64,000 nt of DNA from Paraphysomonas bandaiensis. Its lineage: Eukaryota > Protista > Chrysophyceae. Below the pieces are notes generated by a model. The model was not told the origin of the DNA. It saw only the letters and a program-made list of their open reading frames with translations, and searched no databases. Of the stretch, positions 12,570-24,708 are shown in pieces (position 1 is the stretch's first letter; each line of letters opens with the position of its first letter). The stretch spans positions 106,194 through 170,193 of the forward strand of contig CBFFRP010000247.1 of assembly GCA_965644295.1 (NCBI GenBank). The letters run 5' to 3'. The position numbers were made by a program, and so were the translations under genes.

Positions 12570-13544
12570 TTACGTAAGTATACGGTGAATCAGAAAACAG
12601 AAGGCTTTCTTGTCAGCCTTCGATCTCCCTCGAAAAAGATGCCAAGCTGTGGCTTCGATTATGTCAGCTTTAGAATGCTCCGCTTCATTCTCTTGAAGCA
12701 AATTCGATTTACCAAAGGAATCATACACTTCTGAGAGTTTAGTATTCGTGCAAGCATTAGTCACAGCTTTCTCGACATCGTTGGTTTTTTTGTTCACCTC
12801 ATTTATAGCACGAAGAACATAGATTAACCTGTCACCGCAAAATTTAGCGATAGAAAAGGCGCCCAACTCTGGATGCTGTCCAGTTCTGGATTCTATTGTT
12901 TTGTTTATGGCACCCTTCACATGACTGATCCCCTTTGAACTTTCCGTACCATACAGATCCCTGACGACCACATCGCATAAACTTTTCTTTGCCTTGGCCT
13001 TCTTTGCCTTTGGCTTAGCCTGTTGTATGTTGCCAGTAGAATCCGCTGGAGTTCGCAATCTACTGTCAGAAGTGGAAAGTTTTTTTTTGACTTCATCCAA
13101 GGTTAGGCAGTCGCTGCAGCGTATAGCACCCTTCAATTCGTTTTGGATATTTGGAGGCTGAAAACCTGTGTGGCTCTGAGGCCAATACACAATCACGTCT
13201 GTTGTCTTAAAAAGAGTAGTGACAGTTGAGACAAATGCATGGAACCACGTCGTCAATCGCCGAGCATTCGGATTGCATACAAGCACAATAGCCGCCTTTG
13301 TGACCTTATCTTCCTTCAAAGCATTGCTCAGTTGTCCAGTGGAGCTGCTGTGGTTCTTTGAGTCCAGTCCAACCGTATCATAATAAGTATATCCTCCGTG
13401 ACGATGCTTCTCAACACTTTCAGTTCCATCTTTGAACGGATCACTTGAGACGTTAGCAGTAGACTTACCAGTGCACTGGTTGATAAATGTGCTTTTACCT
13501 ACACCAGCAGCACCCAGAACAATTACAGCAGTGGTAGAATTCAT
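12570..13544 (-). CDS. TRAFAC (AIG1/Toc34-like) P-loop GTPase fused to a C-terminal RNase III-like domain
   Basis: G1 GAAGVGKS (aa 11-18), G2 T41, G3 DTVG (56-59), Lys-rich linker KPKAKKAKAKK. The C-terminus has AKFCGDRLI...CTNTKL...SKADIIEA, resembling RNase III motifs LEFLGD...VSNxxL...LADxxEA. GTPase call is firm; RNase III call is moderate. Confidence 0.7.
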   Translation of the reverse strand: MNSTTAVIVLGAAGVGKSTFINQCTGKSTANVSSDPFKDGTESVEKHRHGGYTYYDTVGLDSKNHSSSTGQLSNALKEDKVTKAAIVLVCNPNARRLTTWFHAFVSTVTTLFKTTDVIVYWPQSHTGFQPPNIQNELKGAIRCSDCLTLDEVKKKLSTSDSRLRTPADSTGNIQQAKPKAKKAKAKKSLCDVVVRDLYGTESSKGISHVKGAINKTIESRTGQHPELGAFSIAKFCGDRLIYVLRAINEVNKKTNDVEKAVTNACTNTKLSEVYDSFGKSNLLQENEAEHSKADIIEATAWHLFRGRSKADKKAFCFLIHRILT

Positions 13545-14033
13545 CTTGTTTAGTGTATAATCTTATTAAGTGTGTGTATGAAGGAATTGAAGGGAGTGCA
13601 TGATCGCAGGGTTGTATTGAGGTCATCGCCCACAAAAAATCCAGGCTTTTTTGATGCATGTTGTTTTTTGCGAATATATTTTAGAGAAATAACGAAAAAA
13701 GATCGATTTTTTTGATGGATCGACATATTCTGCTGCATCACAGATAGCTAACATATAGAAAAACACGTAGGATCTCAAATGTCTGGATATTCAGACACTA
13801 AGCAGATGGGAGGTGATGGGGATATATAGCCAATCATATCACCTGTAATTGTATTAACGACTTATGATTGGATAGACATGCTTGCAGGTCCCATTTCTGG
13901 ATTCACGGCATGTGTGAGCGATATGCTGCTATGCACACTGCACAATATCACTATGAAGGACATAACATATAGATATATACATGCAGGTAGATATAAAAGA
14001 CATCAGATAATATCTTCAGCAACACTAAACGAG

Positions 14034-14885
14034 ATGGAGTTTAAGGATAAAGTATGGCACACTGTACAATCCATGTATCACTACATTGAAGCTAAGAGAA
14101 CGGACAGAGATATCTTGAAGGGGCAAATAGAAGAGACTTCATTCTTCACAACTTGTAACAAACAACGAGTACAGATAAAATCAAGTATTTTGACACGAAA
14201 ATTGTGTTTTGTTAACCTGATTATACGTCATGATGTGGAACAAGTTAGACAGCAATACGACCAAGACACTGATGTAAAGGCAGTTGAATCGAAGTTTAAA
14301 GATCTTGTCTCACTTATGTGGACGGGATCTAAACAAGATAACAGCAATAATGAGTACGGAAATGATGATCTTAATGAATTATTTGAACAATGTGAAGATG
14401 CTGACAAAGCGAACCACTGGATACTATTACTGATGACTTATTATGCCAAAGTAATATTAGTACAACGAAGTCAAGATGTCGATAGGCCTCATACAGAACG
14501 AAGATTTGTAGAGAATATGACGAATATAAGGTTTGGAGAATACTCTTTGGGACATATTGCTGTGAAGGGGCAAACAGTTGGTGATATTATCCGTGAATGT
14601 AAAGTTGAGGATAAGTTTCCCCCAGGATGCACAGAGCGAAGACTTATTGGAGATGGTGCTAAGATAGAGTTAGGTACAAAATATATGCCTAAAATAAATT
14701 ATGGCGACTACAAAGCAGTTGTATATTTTCACCCGAGGATGATAAATTGTGTAAAAAGACATATTGAGTTCCATTTAGGGGAAAGTCACCTTCGAAGCTT
14801 CGGCAATTGGAAGAAGAGGGAAATTGATTCTACTGATTTAAGTGTTAAAAATGCAAAAGTAAAATATGAGACAGCAAGAGAATAA
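14034..14885 (+). CDS. Intronless orphan protein (ORF open from 13878; plausible start MEFK at 14034)
   Basis: Uninterrupted ~1 kb ORF in AT-rich DNA with globular-type composition. No motif recognised. Confidence 0.6.
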   Translation: MEFKDKVWHTVQSMYHYIEAKRTDRDILKGQIEETSFFTTCNKQRVQIKSSILTRKLCFVNLIIRHDVEQVRQQYDQDTDVKAVESKFKDLVSLMWTGSKQDNSNNEYGNDDLNELFEQCEDADKANHWILLLMTYYAKVILVQRSQDVDRPHTERRFVENMTNIRFGEYSLGHIAVKGQTVGDIIRECKVEDKFPPGCTERRLIGDGAKIELGTKYMPKINYGDYKAVVYFHPRMINCVKRHIEFHLGESHLRSFGNWKKREIDSTDLSVKNAKVKYETARE

Positions 14886-16457
14886 CGTTCTACCGACTCT
14901 TATTCTCAGTCTTTCCTTCGTTAGTTATCGTTATAATTCGATATGTCTAAATAATTGTTGTCTCATTAGTTGTTGTATTACAGTATTGATCATTTAGTCC
15001 TACGTTCTTGTCTTGATTTTGATTCACTGTGATGTAGCATATCAATGCTATAATACTGTACATTGCGACTAGCTTCAATCAATATATAATACAATATGCA
15101 CTCTAGCATGACAATATATACTGAGGAAAACTCCTGTAAAATATAAACTTATGAAATCATTACCTGTTAATGTTCCTTCATGCTTTAAATCACTACAAAA
15201 TGTATCTCTACGAGTTTTGTTTTCCTCTTTTCTATATTCCAACAATAACGCATGCTATAACAGGATATGAATAACATTAAAGCTATAAACTAGAAACAAA
15301 CATTATGATATAGGCTTGAAAACTTAAGATATATCTGTATGTTAGAAAAGATTTTGATTGTAAAATATATACCCTTAAATATACCCCAAGCTATATTGCT
15401 CCCACTTCCCCGAAAGTCATGTGTATGAGCTATGCATGCATAGAGTAAATCTAGCTGGAGATTTTAATAAGATCTATGCGTTGCATAGTTTATTCATTCT
15501 AGCACTGTACTAGATCACGCCCTCGGAATAGAGCAATTATTGTTTTCTTTTATATTATGAATTATTAGATACCCTATTCGAGTTCGTTAAGCAAATACTG
15601 ATTACAATAACTGTGTCTTGTATTTGTTTCTAGCCAAACGCACCGCCCGTAGGACCTTCACTACGACTACACTGTTGGAATGGGGCACACTCTACTATTT
15701 CTTTCTTCTTCATGCAATGAGATGTTAATTTTAGAACCTGTTAATTGCTTGAAACCTTTGAATTGATATTCTATAGCTAGACTGATATATATGACCTTTG
15801 ATAAATAGATTTGACGGGAATAAAGACGAGTGTCAATTTGCGGCTTCATAACTGCGGAAATCGATGCACCTTAATTAACTTTTGTTGATATAATTACGAT
15901 ATATACGGTAAGAGTATTTTACCAGATCCAACACTATTTTCTGGTCATGCTCACCGTTAACGCAATACGTCAGAAGCGACATGATATCATATGCCTTACT
16001 ACATTGGAGATATAGTATAGCTTTTTAAAATGTTATTACTTTTGCTTATGTTTGTAGAATTTCACCGTCTTCGTTCCATGTTCTACTTCGTACGATTCAC
16101 ATAATGAATGCTGTTTGGCATTTGTTCTTCAGGTGCTTTCCCTAATTGATAAGCGTGAATATGTTCCCAGTACTCTCCCAGACAACGACAGTTCCCATCT
16201 TGAAGGCTCTATACAAGATTAGAAATTAGTATGATAAAATCCTATTAGTAAGAGGGCTGTGTAACAAGTAATTATGAATAATTAATTAATTATTAAGGAA
16301 TATTGTTCTTGCGTTCTTGCTAAACTCATGCAGCAATATCCTATACCGCCGACAAAAACTGGGTAACTCATCACGTACGAGCACAACAATAGTATTCAAA
16401 TAATTAGTATTATTAGGTTTATTGAACGACGTGTGCACTATTTCTACTACGCGTGAT

Positions 16458-18309
16458 TCACGCATTCTCATCGTCGACATTGATATCCTCCAGAATGTCA
16501 TCCAGACATAGTATTTCGCTACCTCTCGCAGAATCCCTACCAGGTTCTGGAACTGTTGAAGACACAGTGGTCATTTCAGTCTCGGAGAGGACGCCTACAT
16601 CACTGTCAGTAGGACGACTTACACCTGTGGAGGGGTTGCTATCATCGCCACGCAAAGGGCCAGCAGCAGTTTGACTAGAAGAAATTGACCTCGGATCCAT
16701 ATTCATAGCCTCCACTTGTCCACTGGTCTGCTCCTGACCAGAAGGTCTACTGGAAGCACTAGAGACTGGAGCATTAACCTGAGAGGTAGTAGTGGCTCCA
16801 GAGTGCTGCTGCTGTGGATGTGGGGCGAAATGTCGAACTACTACGTGCCTTCCCCCCCCCCTACCCTGGCGAACCATTATTCTTCCCCCCCCCCAACCCT
16901 GGCGAATCATTGTTGTTCCACCTCTCACGACATTAGCACCATGCTGATCATGCATAGGCTGCTGCTGGGGGTGCATCATATTCGGTACAGTATTGGTAGG
17001 GTGATTCAAGGACGATGTTTGTGCCCACGCTGTCTGAGTGGTAGAAGGGGGAGAAGGCCTTCCTGTTAAAGCTGGACAAAATACTTCCTGTGCATTGATA
17101 CCACGAACACTGTTAGCAAGATGCCCACACGCAGCTGACATATGGCTCAGCATGGCAGATATGTTCAGCGCTTGAGTTTGTGCAGACACCACTTCATGAG
17201 GTTCAATAGTATTAACACCAGTCGAACGATTTTCTGTGAAGTACACAGTGAATACTTAGCTTCAAACAATACCAGTGGGGACATACAGTCCACAAACACA
17301 TACACCATATCACTTGCAACATGTAAAACAGTAACAAGACAAGAGTCTCACCATGGGCTTGTTGAAGGTTCCCAACAAGTGGTTGCAGTGCTTCATTCAC
17401 ATCAGACATAGCACGCTGTAGTGTCGCCAATGACAAAGCCAGACTCTGCGTAGAATTTTCATAGGGGTTGTGCTGTTGCTGCTGATATGCTGCTCCTGGT
17501 AATAGACTGGATAAAGCATGCAGGTGAGATGTCCCCATCACAATATCATTAGATGCAGACATTTCGGTGGATCCTCCTGTATGTGCGGTGTGATGGGTGT
17601 GGTGTACACGTACTCGATGCTGTGGCTGTGTGTGCAGGTATTGTGGTTGCGGCTGAGGTTGTCCTTGTGGTGGTGGCATCTGAGTATGTGACTGCTGTGG
17701 CTGTGCTGGAACACTAGAATCAATGGTAGGGCCAGATTGTGGCATGCTGTTGCTTTCCATTGGACTGGTACTATTTGAACCACTATTAGCCCCAGTATCA
17801 GACTCGTTGGCATCGTTCGCTCCACTCGGCTGAGGTGGAGGTGGTTGGCTTTGGGGAGAGAGTCCTTGTTGAGCAACAGACATCATTTGATTCACGATTG
17901 CTTGAATTTCAGGAGGCATTCCATTAGATCCCACTTCTGAACTATCGATTGTCATAGAACCAACCATCACACCATTTCCCAGAGTCTGTACGTGCACGCC
18001 GCGTGGTAGAGGTGCAGGCATTGCCGGAGGTGTAGTTTGTGAAGTAGTTGAAGGTGGGGTAGGATTAGAAGCCGGAACATTATCAGGTCGTATTACAATA
18101 TGCACAACAGAATCTTCTGTTATTGAATAATCACTCAGTGTTTGATTGTCTTTAAGGACACGGCCGCAATATATGAGTCTCTGTCTGTCGACAGCCACGT
18201 CTATAGCACTCAACACCTTCGCTTTCACTGCCGATATCTTCGTATCCACCCCATCAAATAGATCGACTGTAAACATTTCTCCATCCATTTTCTTTACTTT
18301 CAATAACAT
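16458..18309 (-). CDS. N-terminal ubiquitin-like domain protein (BAG6/Scythe-like architecture), one intron at ~17233-17352
   Basis: MLLKVKKMDGEMFTV...VKAKV...DRQRLIYCGRVLKDNQTLSDYSITEDSVVHIVIR is a UBL domain, followed by a long P/Q/S/H low-complexity region and GRGGGR repeats. Confidence 0.8.
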
Positions 18310-18799
18310 CTTCACAGTAATGTATGTGTATGTATGTGTGTATGTGTATGTGTGTGTGTATGTGTGTGTGTGTGTGTATGCTAGCAGGAGACGCTCTGTA
18401 TGTTCTATCAGCCTACTGTGAGTGGGACAGAACACTGACAACCTTTAGATGTATAGCTAGTGAGATCTATCAATAGATGGAGTTCAGTTCACTTGATATG
18501 AGGGTCATACGACACTGATAGTATAGTCAACTGGGCTGTATATACACACATACATACATACATACATACATACACTGACTGCTGTATCATACCTTCCATA
18601 ATTCTTCCATTATATTATTGCTAGAAACCCTTAATTTTAGTATTAGAAACATAGAGTTTGGATATATATCTAGAGGTTTTCGAGAAATTGGAATATTTTT
18701 CTGGGGTTTTATCTTCTACTAAACTCCCCATTCGTCCGGGAGAGATCCGTTTAAGTTTGGAACAGATATCCAACCAACCCGTCCCTCCTATAATGACCA

Positions 18800-21700
18800 T
18801 TAAAACCCACCGAAGTGTGTAATTGGAAACCCCAGTTTTTATTGGTTTGTGTAATTCTAATTACACAGGAGGAAAACATCACCCACACAAACGACTGCGA
18901 TTTTGAGATTTTTCGAAACAAACAGATCTGTGTAATTCTAATTACACAGGAGTAAACAGATTTTTAACCTATTTTTGAAGGCACCCAATTCACAAAATTG
19001 TTTTTTTTGCTTAAAAAGCCTTGATTTTATGTTACAGTGATGAACAGTTGATTTGTTCGTTGAACCAAAAGGATATATGCATTATGATATCTTAAGAGGC
19101 TAATATTTCGTAGAATAATCTGCTATAGAACGAACTGAGAGTATTACCTATAGACAAAATGGATCCTGCAGCATTAGACCTAGTGATTCAAGGACAAAAG
19201 GAGAGGAATGTATTGGAAGAGTCCAAAAAAGGATATTTATCTAGAATGTCCACACTGACTCGAATACTAAACGACTCATATATACGACTGGACGCAATTG
19301 AAACAGATGATGATGGTTTGGCACTAATGCATACAGGACAAGCACGCAAACTTTGTAAACTTAAATTACCTATAGCAGAACATACAGCAGAAGTTCTCTT
19401 TGCTGCAATATCAGTCGATCCGACACTTCCCAGAAAGCGGAAAGTAAGAACAGAGATAGATGACTGTCAAGAAGTAGAAGAAGATCTGTTAAACCCAGGA
19501 AAAAACCTTGTGACAGTATCAGCCCAAACTTACCAGAATTACAAATCTGCATTGCGGTGGTGGCATGAGTATGACTGTCCGGCCATGGACAAAATTGGGC
19601 ACCCTTGGCCACCGAAGGTTGACCTAGCATGCAAAACTGCTATTGCTGCATACAAACGTGATATAGGTGCCAAGAAGGAATTTGAATGAGGGAAGAGTGC
19701 TTTACTGGTTATGTAGCAATCACTCGATATGAGACCATGGCAAAGGATTGGAATGAGCTTGCAACTGCATTTGTACAACTAAAGCTGATCAAGCCGGTGA
19801 GAGCACGAGCGATGTAAAGCGTCTTTACGCGAACCCATTTAACCCTGCGATCTGTATAGCACTTCATTTAGCTGTATATAGTTGGTGCAAGCGCCGGGAT
19901 GACTCAAACAATATTCGATTGTTTGATGGCAAAGACCAAAACAAAAGATATTACAATATTTTGATGCAAGCTGTACGCGAAATCGATCCAACAGTTGACC
20001 TGGGATGCCGCAGAGAAGATATAGGTACCCATAGCAATCGCAAGTTTGCGGAGTCAACATCAGTATCAAAAATTGATGGACCCAGCCGTACACAGGTATG
20101 CCTCAGAGCAGGACAGGGTGTCGGTAAGACGCAAGATTGCTACATGTTTCAAGAGGAGTGTGGGGATGCTTTGGTTGGTAGAACTACAGCTCAGTTGAAA
20201 ATGACTCCTGATGAATTTGACATCTTGCCTCCTCACTTTGATAACGAGACGTTACAATATTTAGTTGAGTTTGGGTGGGAGAATATTATTGATGGTTTCG
20301 CTTATTACTCAGAATCGTGGAAGAATAGGATTCTTCCCAAGCTGTTAGCATCTTTAGTTTATCATTGGAGTGAGGGAAATTTGCAAGATTTATACCCTGC
20401 AGATCATCCAATATTTGCTCAACGAATCTTTACGGACCAGACTTTAATCAAAAGCCTAGCTTCAAAAGTTATTTTGGTTCATAATTATTGTCAGAAGACA
20501 CATATGAGTGCGGAAGGTGTTCCAGGCATAATTCTAATAACCCGAGAGTTGCGAGAATTTCGTAAGCATTACGACAATACTTGTTCTAATTATGATAATA
20601 GGATTGCCGAATTTAGCGCCTTGCTTAAGACAGCGATTGATGATGTACCAAAAGTAGTTGTTAATATGATACTTGAGAAATTCAGAATCGATGGGGTAGT
20701 TCCCATGACAGCGGCTGACATTCGTGCAATGATAATTGAAGTGATGGGGGCCAATGATAGTCCCTATGCTAAGCTATCTGAGCAACTTAGTGTAACGAAT
20801 AGTCAGCTAAGTCATCACGGAGCAATTCTAGAAAGATTAGATACTGGGACTAATACGAGAAACCGTCTCACAACTGCAGATGTTCCTAGCTCCTGTGGTG
20901 ATGTTCATACATGGCCTGATGTAGACGGGCGTTTTCATCGTGTTCCCTTAGGATTCAAATTTCCAAGTTATAATGTTCAGACAATGTGGAATCTTTGGTT
21001 TTTTGGTGACAGCACTAATAGAATTTGCCCCTACAGGTATATTGAACCGAAGTACGATTTGGTCACAAAACATTGTAGAACTAATAGAAGCCGCACCGTG
21101 AAAGTAATAGGACGTCTAGTAGCTTTGAATATTGAAGAAGGAAATATTAGTAAATTACGAGATGTTACGAAGGAAAATACACAAGTGTTGTTTGACTATG
21201 CTTATCCTCTGTTGATTGCAGAATGTTACGATGAAATGAGGATGCCAACTAGGAGACATGATATTAACATCAATACAATAGCAAATAGAATGAAAAAGTA
21301 ACTTTAATTTGAATGATAATAATACTATTACCTTTATTGTTCTTATATATGACATTATTACATGCATAAAAGAATAGAAGAAGCACATACATATAAACGA
21401 GAAAAAGCGTAATGAAGGAAGAAGAAATAATACTGACAACATTATTATTGAACTACTGTAAACATTTCAGTAGATTACTAATAATCTTGTCAGAATTAAT
21501 TGTGCAACATTCATGCAACATATTCATAACAATGGTCACTAGGAAACACAATAACATCTTGTCAGTAGTAAAAAGTACGCGCTACTGCAAGTACGTAATA
21601 TATATAACACTCATAATGAAGGATGATTTCCAGCGTAGTCGCAGGAGTTTTTGTCAGAAGTTTATAATCATGAGGTTACGTGTAATCTTGTTTATCCACA

Positions 21701-22115
21701 ATACCTGGCGAGTCGATGGAAGTCTAGCTCTGAATGGGGCACCACCGTTGGCCAGTGTTGGTTACCTGCGCATTACACCCTAAGAGCACTACATGAACTC
21801 TCAATCCAGAACACTTACTCAGCAGTCACTCTGCGGTATGTGGCATATAAGAAGTACCGATCTTACACCGAGATAACTTCTGCTGTATGGCACTGATACA
21901 CGTGATTTATATACTGTACAGTTTACCCAAAATATATTTTTATACAGCGTTAATGATGAATTCTATTGCTATGGTAACCCCCATATAGTATATATATGCC
22001 ATCAACATCGCTCTCTATACCCTTACATGATATGACTACAGAGTACAGTATACCGTTCTGTATTTTGCTCCCCATATACAATTACACGAAAATTACACAC
22101 TTTGGACCATTTTTC
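18800..22115 (+). mobile_element. Crypton (CryptonS-like) tyrosine recombinase DNA transposon, element A
   Basis: Contains the YR pseudogene. Left end ttaaaacccaccga, with subterminal palindromic repeats tgtgtaattctaattacaca (~18848, ~18929). Right end aattacacactttggaccattttt. No TIRs. Confidence 0.8.
19159..21301 (+). pseudogene. Crypton tyrosine recombinase with C-terminal GCR1_C-like domain, disrupted
   Basis: SAQTYQNYKSALRWWH; TKADQAG..KRLYANPFNPAIC (in the broken 19690-19918 interval); IGTHSNRK (HxxR); GPSRTQVCLRAGQ..KTQDCY (catalytic Tyr); FDILPPHF; HTWPDVDGRFHRVPLGFKFP..MWNLWFFGD. Stop/frameshifts and an apparent deletion lie between the two ORFs. Confidence 0.85.
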
Positions 22116-24708
22116 TAAACGGTCGAAACTATGTAAAATTGTGTAAATTACGTATTATTAGAGTATGTATTTTGTATATACGGTTGCTGGTATACTGGCA
22201 GGAGTGTGTTAGATGTGAGGGTCATGTGACCATAAATAGACACACAGACAGTCTATTGTGGGGTGAAATTATGACCCCACCTGCAGATTAAAACAAAGGA
22301 CGATTGATGGAGTCGTTAATGGACTGACATGACTTCACTGTACTGCAAGATTCATGCTGTTCAAGACCAGTATTATGACTTTTATCCGCTTGAGACAACT
22401 GAGTCATGTGTGTGGTTATTGCCATCAGAAGAGACAGTGAAGTGGAAGAGGGCCCTTACAAGAGGATAAAATACTGATTGAATCGTTATTTTGCAGAATG
22501 CCTGCTCAGTGTGCATCCTGTGAAGTTCTCCCGATAATTCAAGGATTCAAGTAATGTGACCGTTAGCATCTTCAATATCCATCAATGGGGGGCAACGTTC
22601 ATATTAGTATTATTAATGCATGCAATTAATAGAAATAATATTTTGGGTAAATTATTTCCTATATATACACCTCTGTACCAGTATCGTACCCGAGAAGTTA
22701 TCTCGGTGTAAGATCGGTGTAAGATGGCTTGGACGAACAAATGTTGTCATTACCTTGGAAGCTAACTGAACTCAGATTGGCGGTGAAGACATCTGAAGTG
22801 CACAATGCTTCTGCTTCTTAGCAGGTGATTGGGAGCTAGTTTACACTTTGGTTCAGATTTCTCGTGGTATGTATATTAGTAGGTTCTAAGTAGTAATTGC
22901 CGTTAATTTTTACTTCGTAAGATGTTAATGCGAATACCGTCTTATTTTAATTGAATACATGCTTTGTCTTTTCATAATTGATACAGATCTGCAATATTGC
23001 TGGTTTTTATATTATTTCCTACTTTGCAATATATATATTATACTGTGTTTATTGTTGTTAATTATAGTACCTCTAGGTCGTATTGGTATTATATTTTTAG
23101 GTAGTACCTATAGGTAGTATTGATACATGTAGGCAGTGCCTGTAGGTACATTTTAATATAAATAGGGATACTTATCAGTAGGAAATGTAGAGGTTATAGA
23201 TACCACCTATAGGGAGGCGATTAGGCACGTGTATTAGTGCAATATCATATGTCGATATTGGCATCATTTAATCCAACCATAAGTCCAACGCTCTTGACAT
23301 ACTCCTCATTGGGGTAACCAGCCATTAGTGGATCATTTTCTTCCAACAGCATTCTTAGTACTGCAATAGCTTCACTTAAATCAACAACTATGGATAGCAA
23401 TAAATCAACAACTATGGATAAGTCTACAATTACAATACTATTTACAAGCAACTTCCAGAGTGAAGAAATTGCATCTTATTATGAATAATCAATATATACT
23501 ACCTACGATTACCAGGTATCATGGTAATGTCAACATAATATTCTACTAATAGGCTGGCGTATTCATCCTCTGCAGAGTGTTACAGGTAGCACTAATATTC
23601 TATTTATGATAGATGGTAAATATCAAGATACAAAGCACCCTATATCTAGGTGACAATGATTGACATGTTTCAATACACCGTCCTTATTTACATCAATACG
23701 TATAGGGCACAGTGAGAAAGTAATATATCTTACATTCATATTAGTATATACATACTCAATTGACAATTGAAGTTATTCTTGCGTGGGTCTCTCCATTATC
23801 GAACTCTGAAGTGTCATTTTCGTCATATGCTCTGTATCATAGAATCAAAATTTCTAAATTAAATATTTTCACAACATAATTCAAGAACGTTACCCTAAGA
23901 CTCCTCTGGTGTTACATGACAATCGAGTTCATACGGCTCCGCAGAGTATGCTGCACGTCAACAATGATTGACATGCTCCAACACAGTATCTTTATATACA
24001 TCAATACGCACAGGACACTATGAGAAAGTATCTATAAATGATACAATCATAGTAGTATTTACCTTCAAATCAGAGAGGAGAATGACACTCAAGTGGAGTT
24101 ATTCTTATGTGAGTCTCTCTGATGATCAGCTCTGCAGTATGAGTATATTCATATGCTCTGCTTCGAACCACTAAATTGAATATATTACAATATCATCCGA
24201 TCGTATTACCTGAGAGCCCTCTGGTGTTATGGTCATAGAATCAACTCTGCTATCTCTGTCTTTGAAATAGACCAACTCTCCTGTATGATTGCCACTTAAC
24301 CATACCTTTCACCAGCTAAATCAACAACCAGCAGCATGTGGCATGAAAGAACTATGAGCTCATGTATTCCCAGTGAGGTTATGATCATATCAGCCTGCGT
24401 TCCTCTTATTACTGTAAAAGTATCGCATCGTATCCTGTATGTGAAGCTAACAGACATCTGTCTCTGGATTCTGTGGACAATATGCCGATTATTATCTTGA
24501 AAATGTGTAGTTTTGTGACATTTTTGAGTGAAAAACCAGGGGATTTTTTAGTTTAGGTTGTGTAATTCATTTTACATAGTTCTTCTAGTTTCGCTAAATC
24601 CAAAAACTCACACACACTACAATAGAGAATAATTTTTTCTCGTGTAAATTATTTTACACAACTCCCAAAAATCCTGCCTTTAGTTTTACATAGATCGGTG
24701 GGTTTTTC
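22110..24708 (-). mobile_element. Non-autonomous Crypton-like unit C, copy 1 (2593 bp period)
   Basis: On the minus strand it begins aaaaacccaccga and ends tttcgaccgttt, resembling element A's ends. It shares accgatcttacaccgagataacttct with A's 3' region. No long ORF. Confidence 0.7.

Noticed and set aside
7681-18508. TGAGGGTCA motif upstream of two minus-strand genes (7681, ~18499) as a promoter element
   Set aside because: Orientation is inconsistent and it also occurs inside transposon sequence (~22216, ~60177); too few instances to support.
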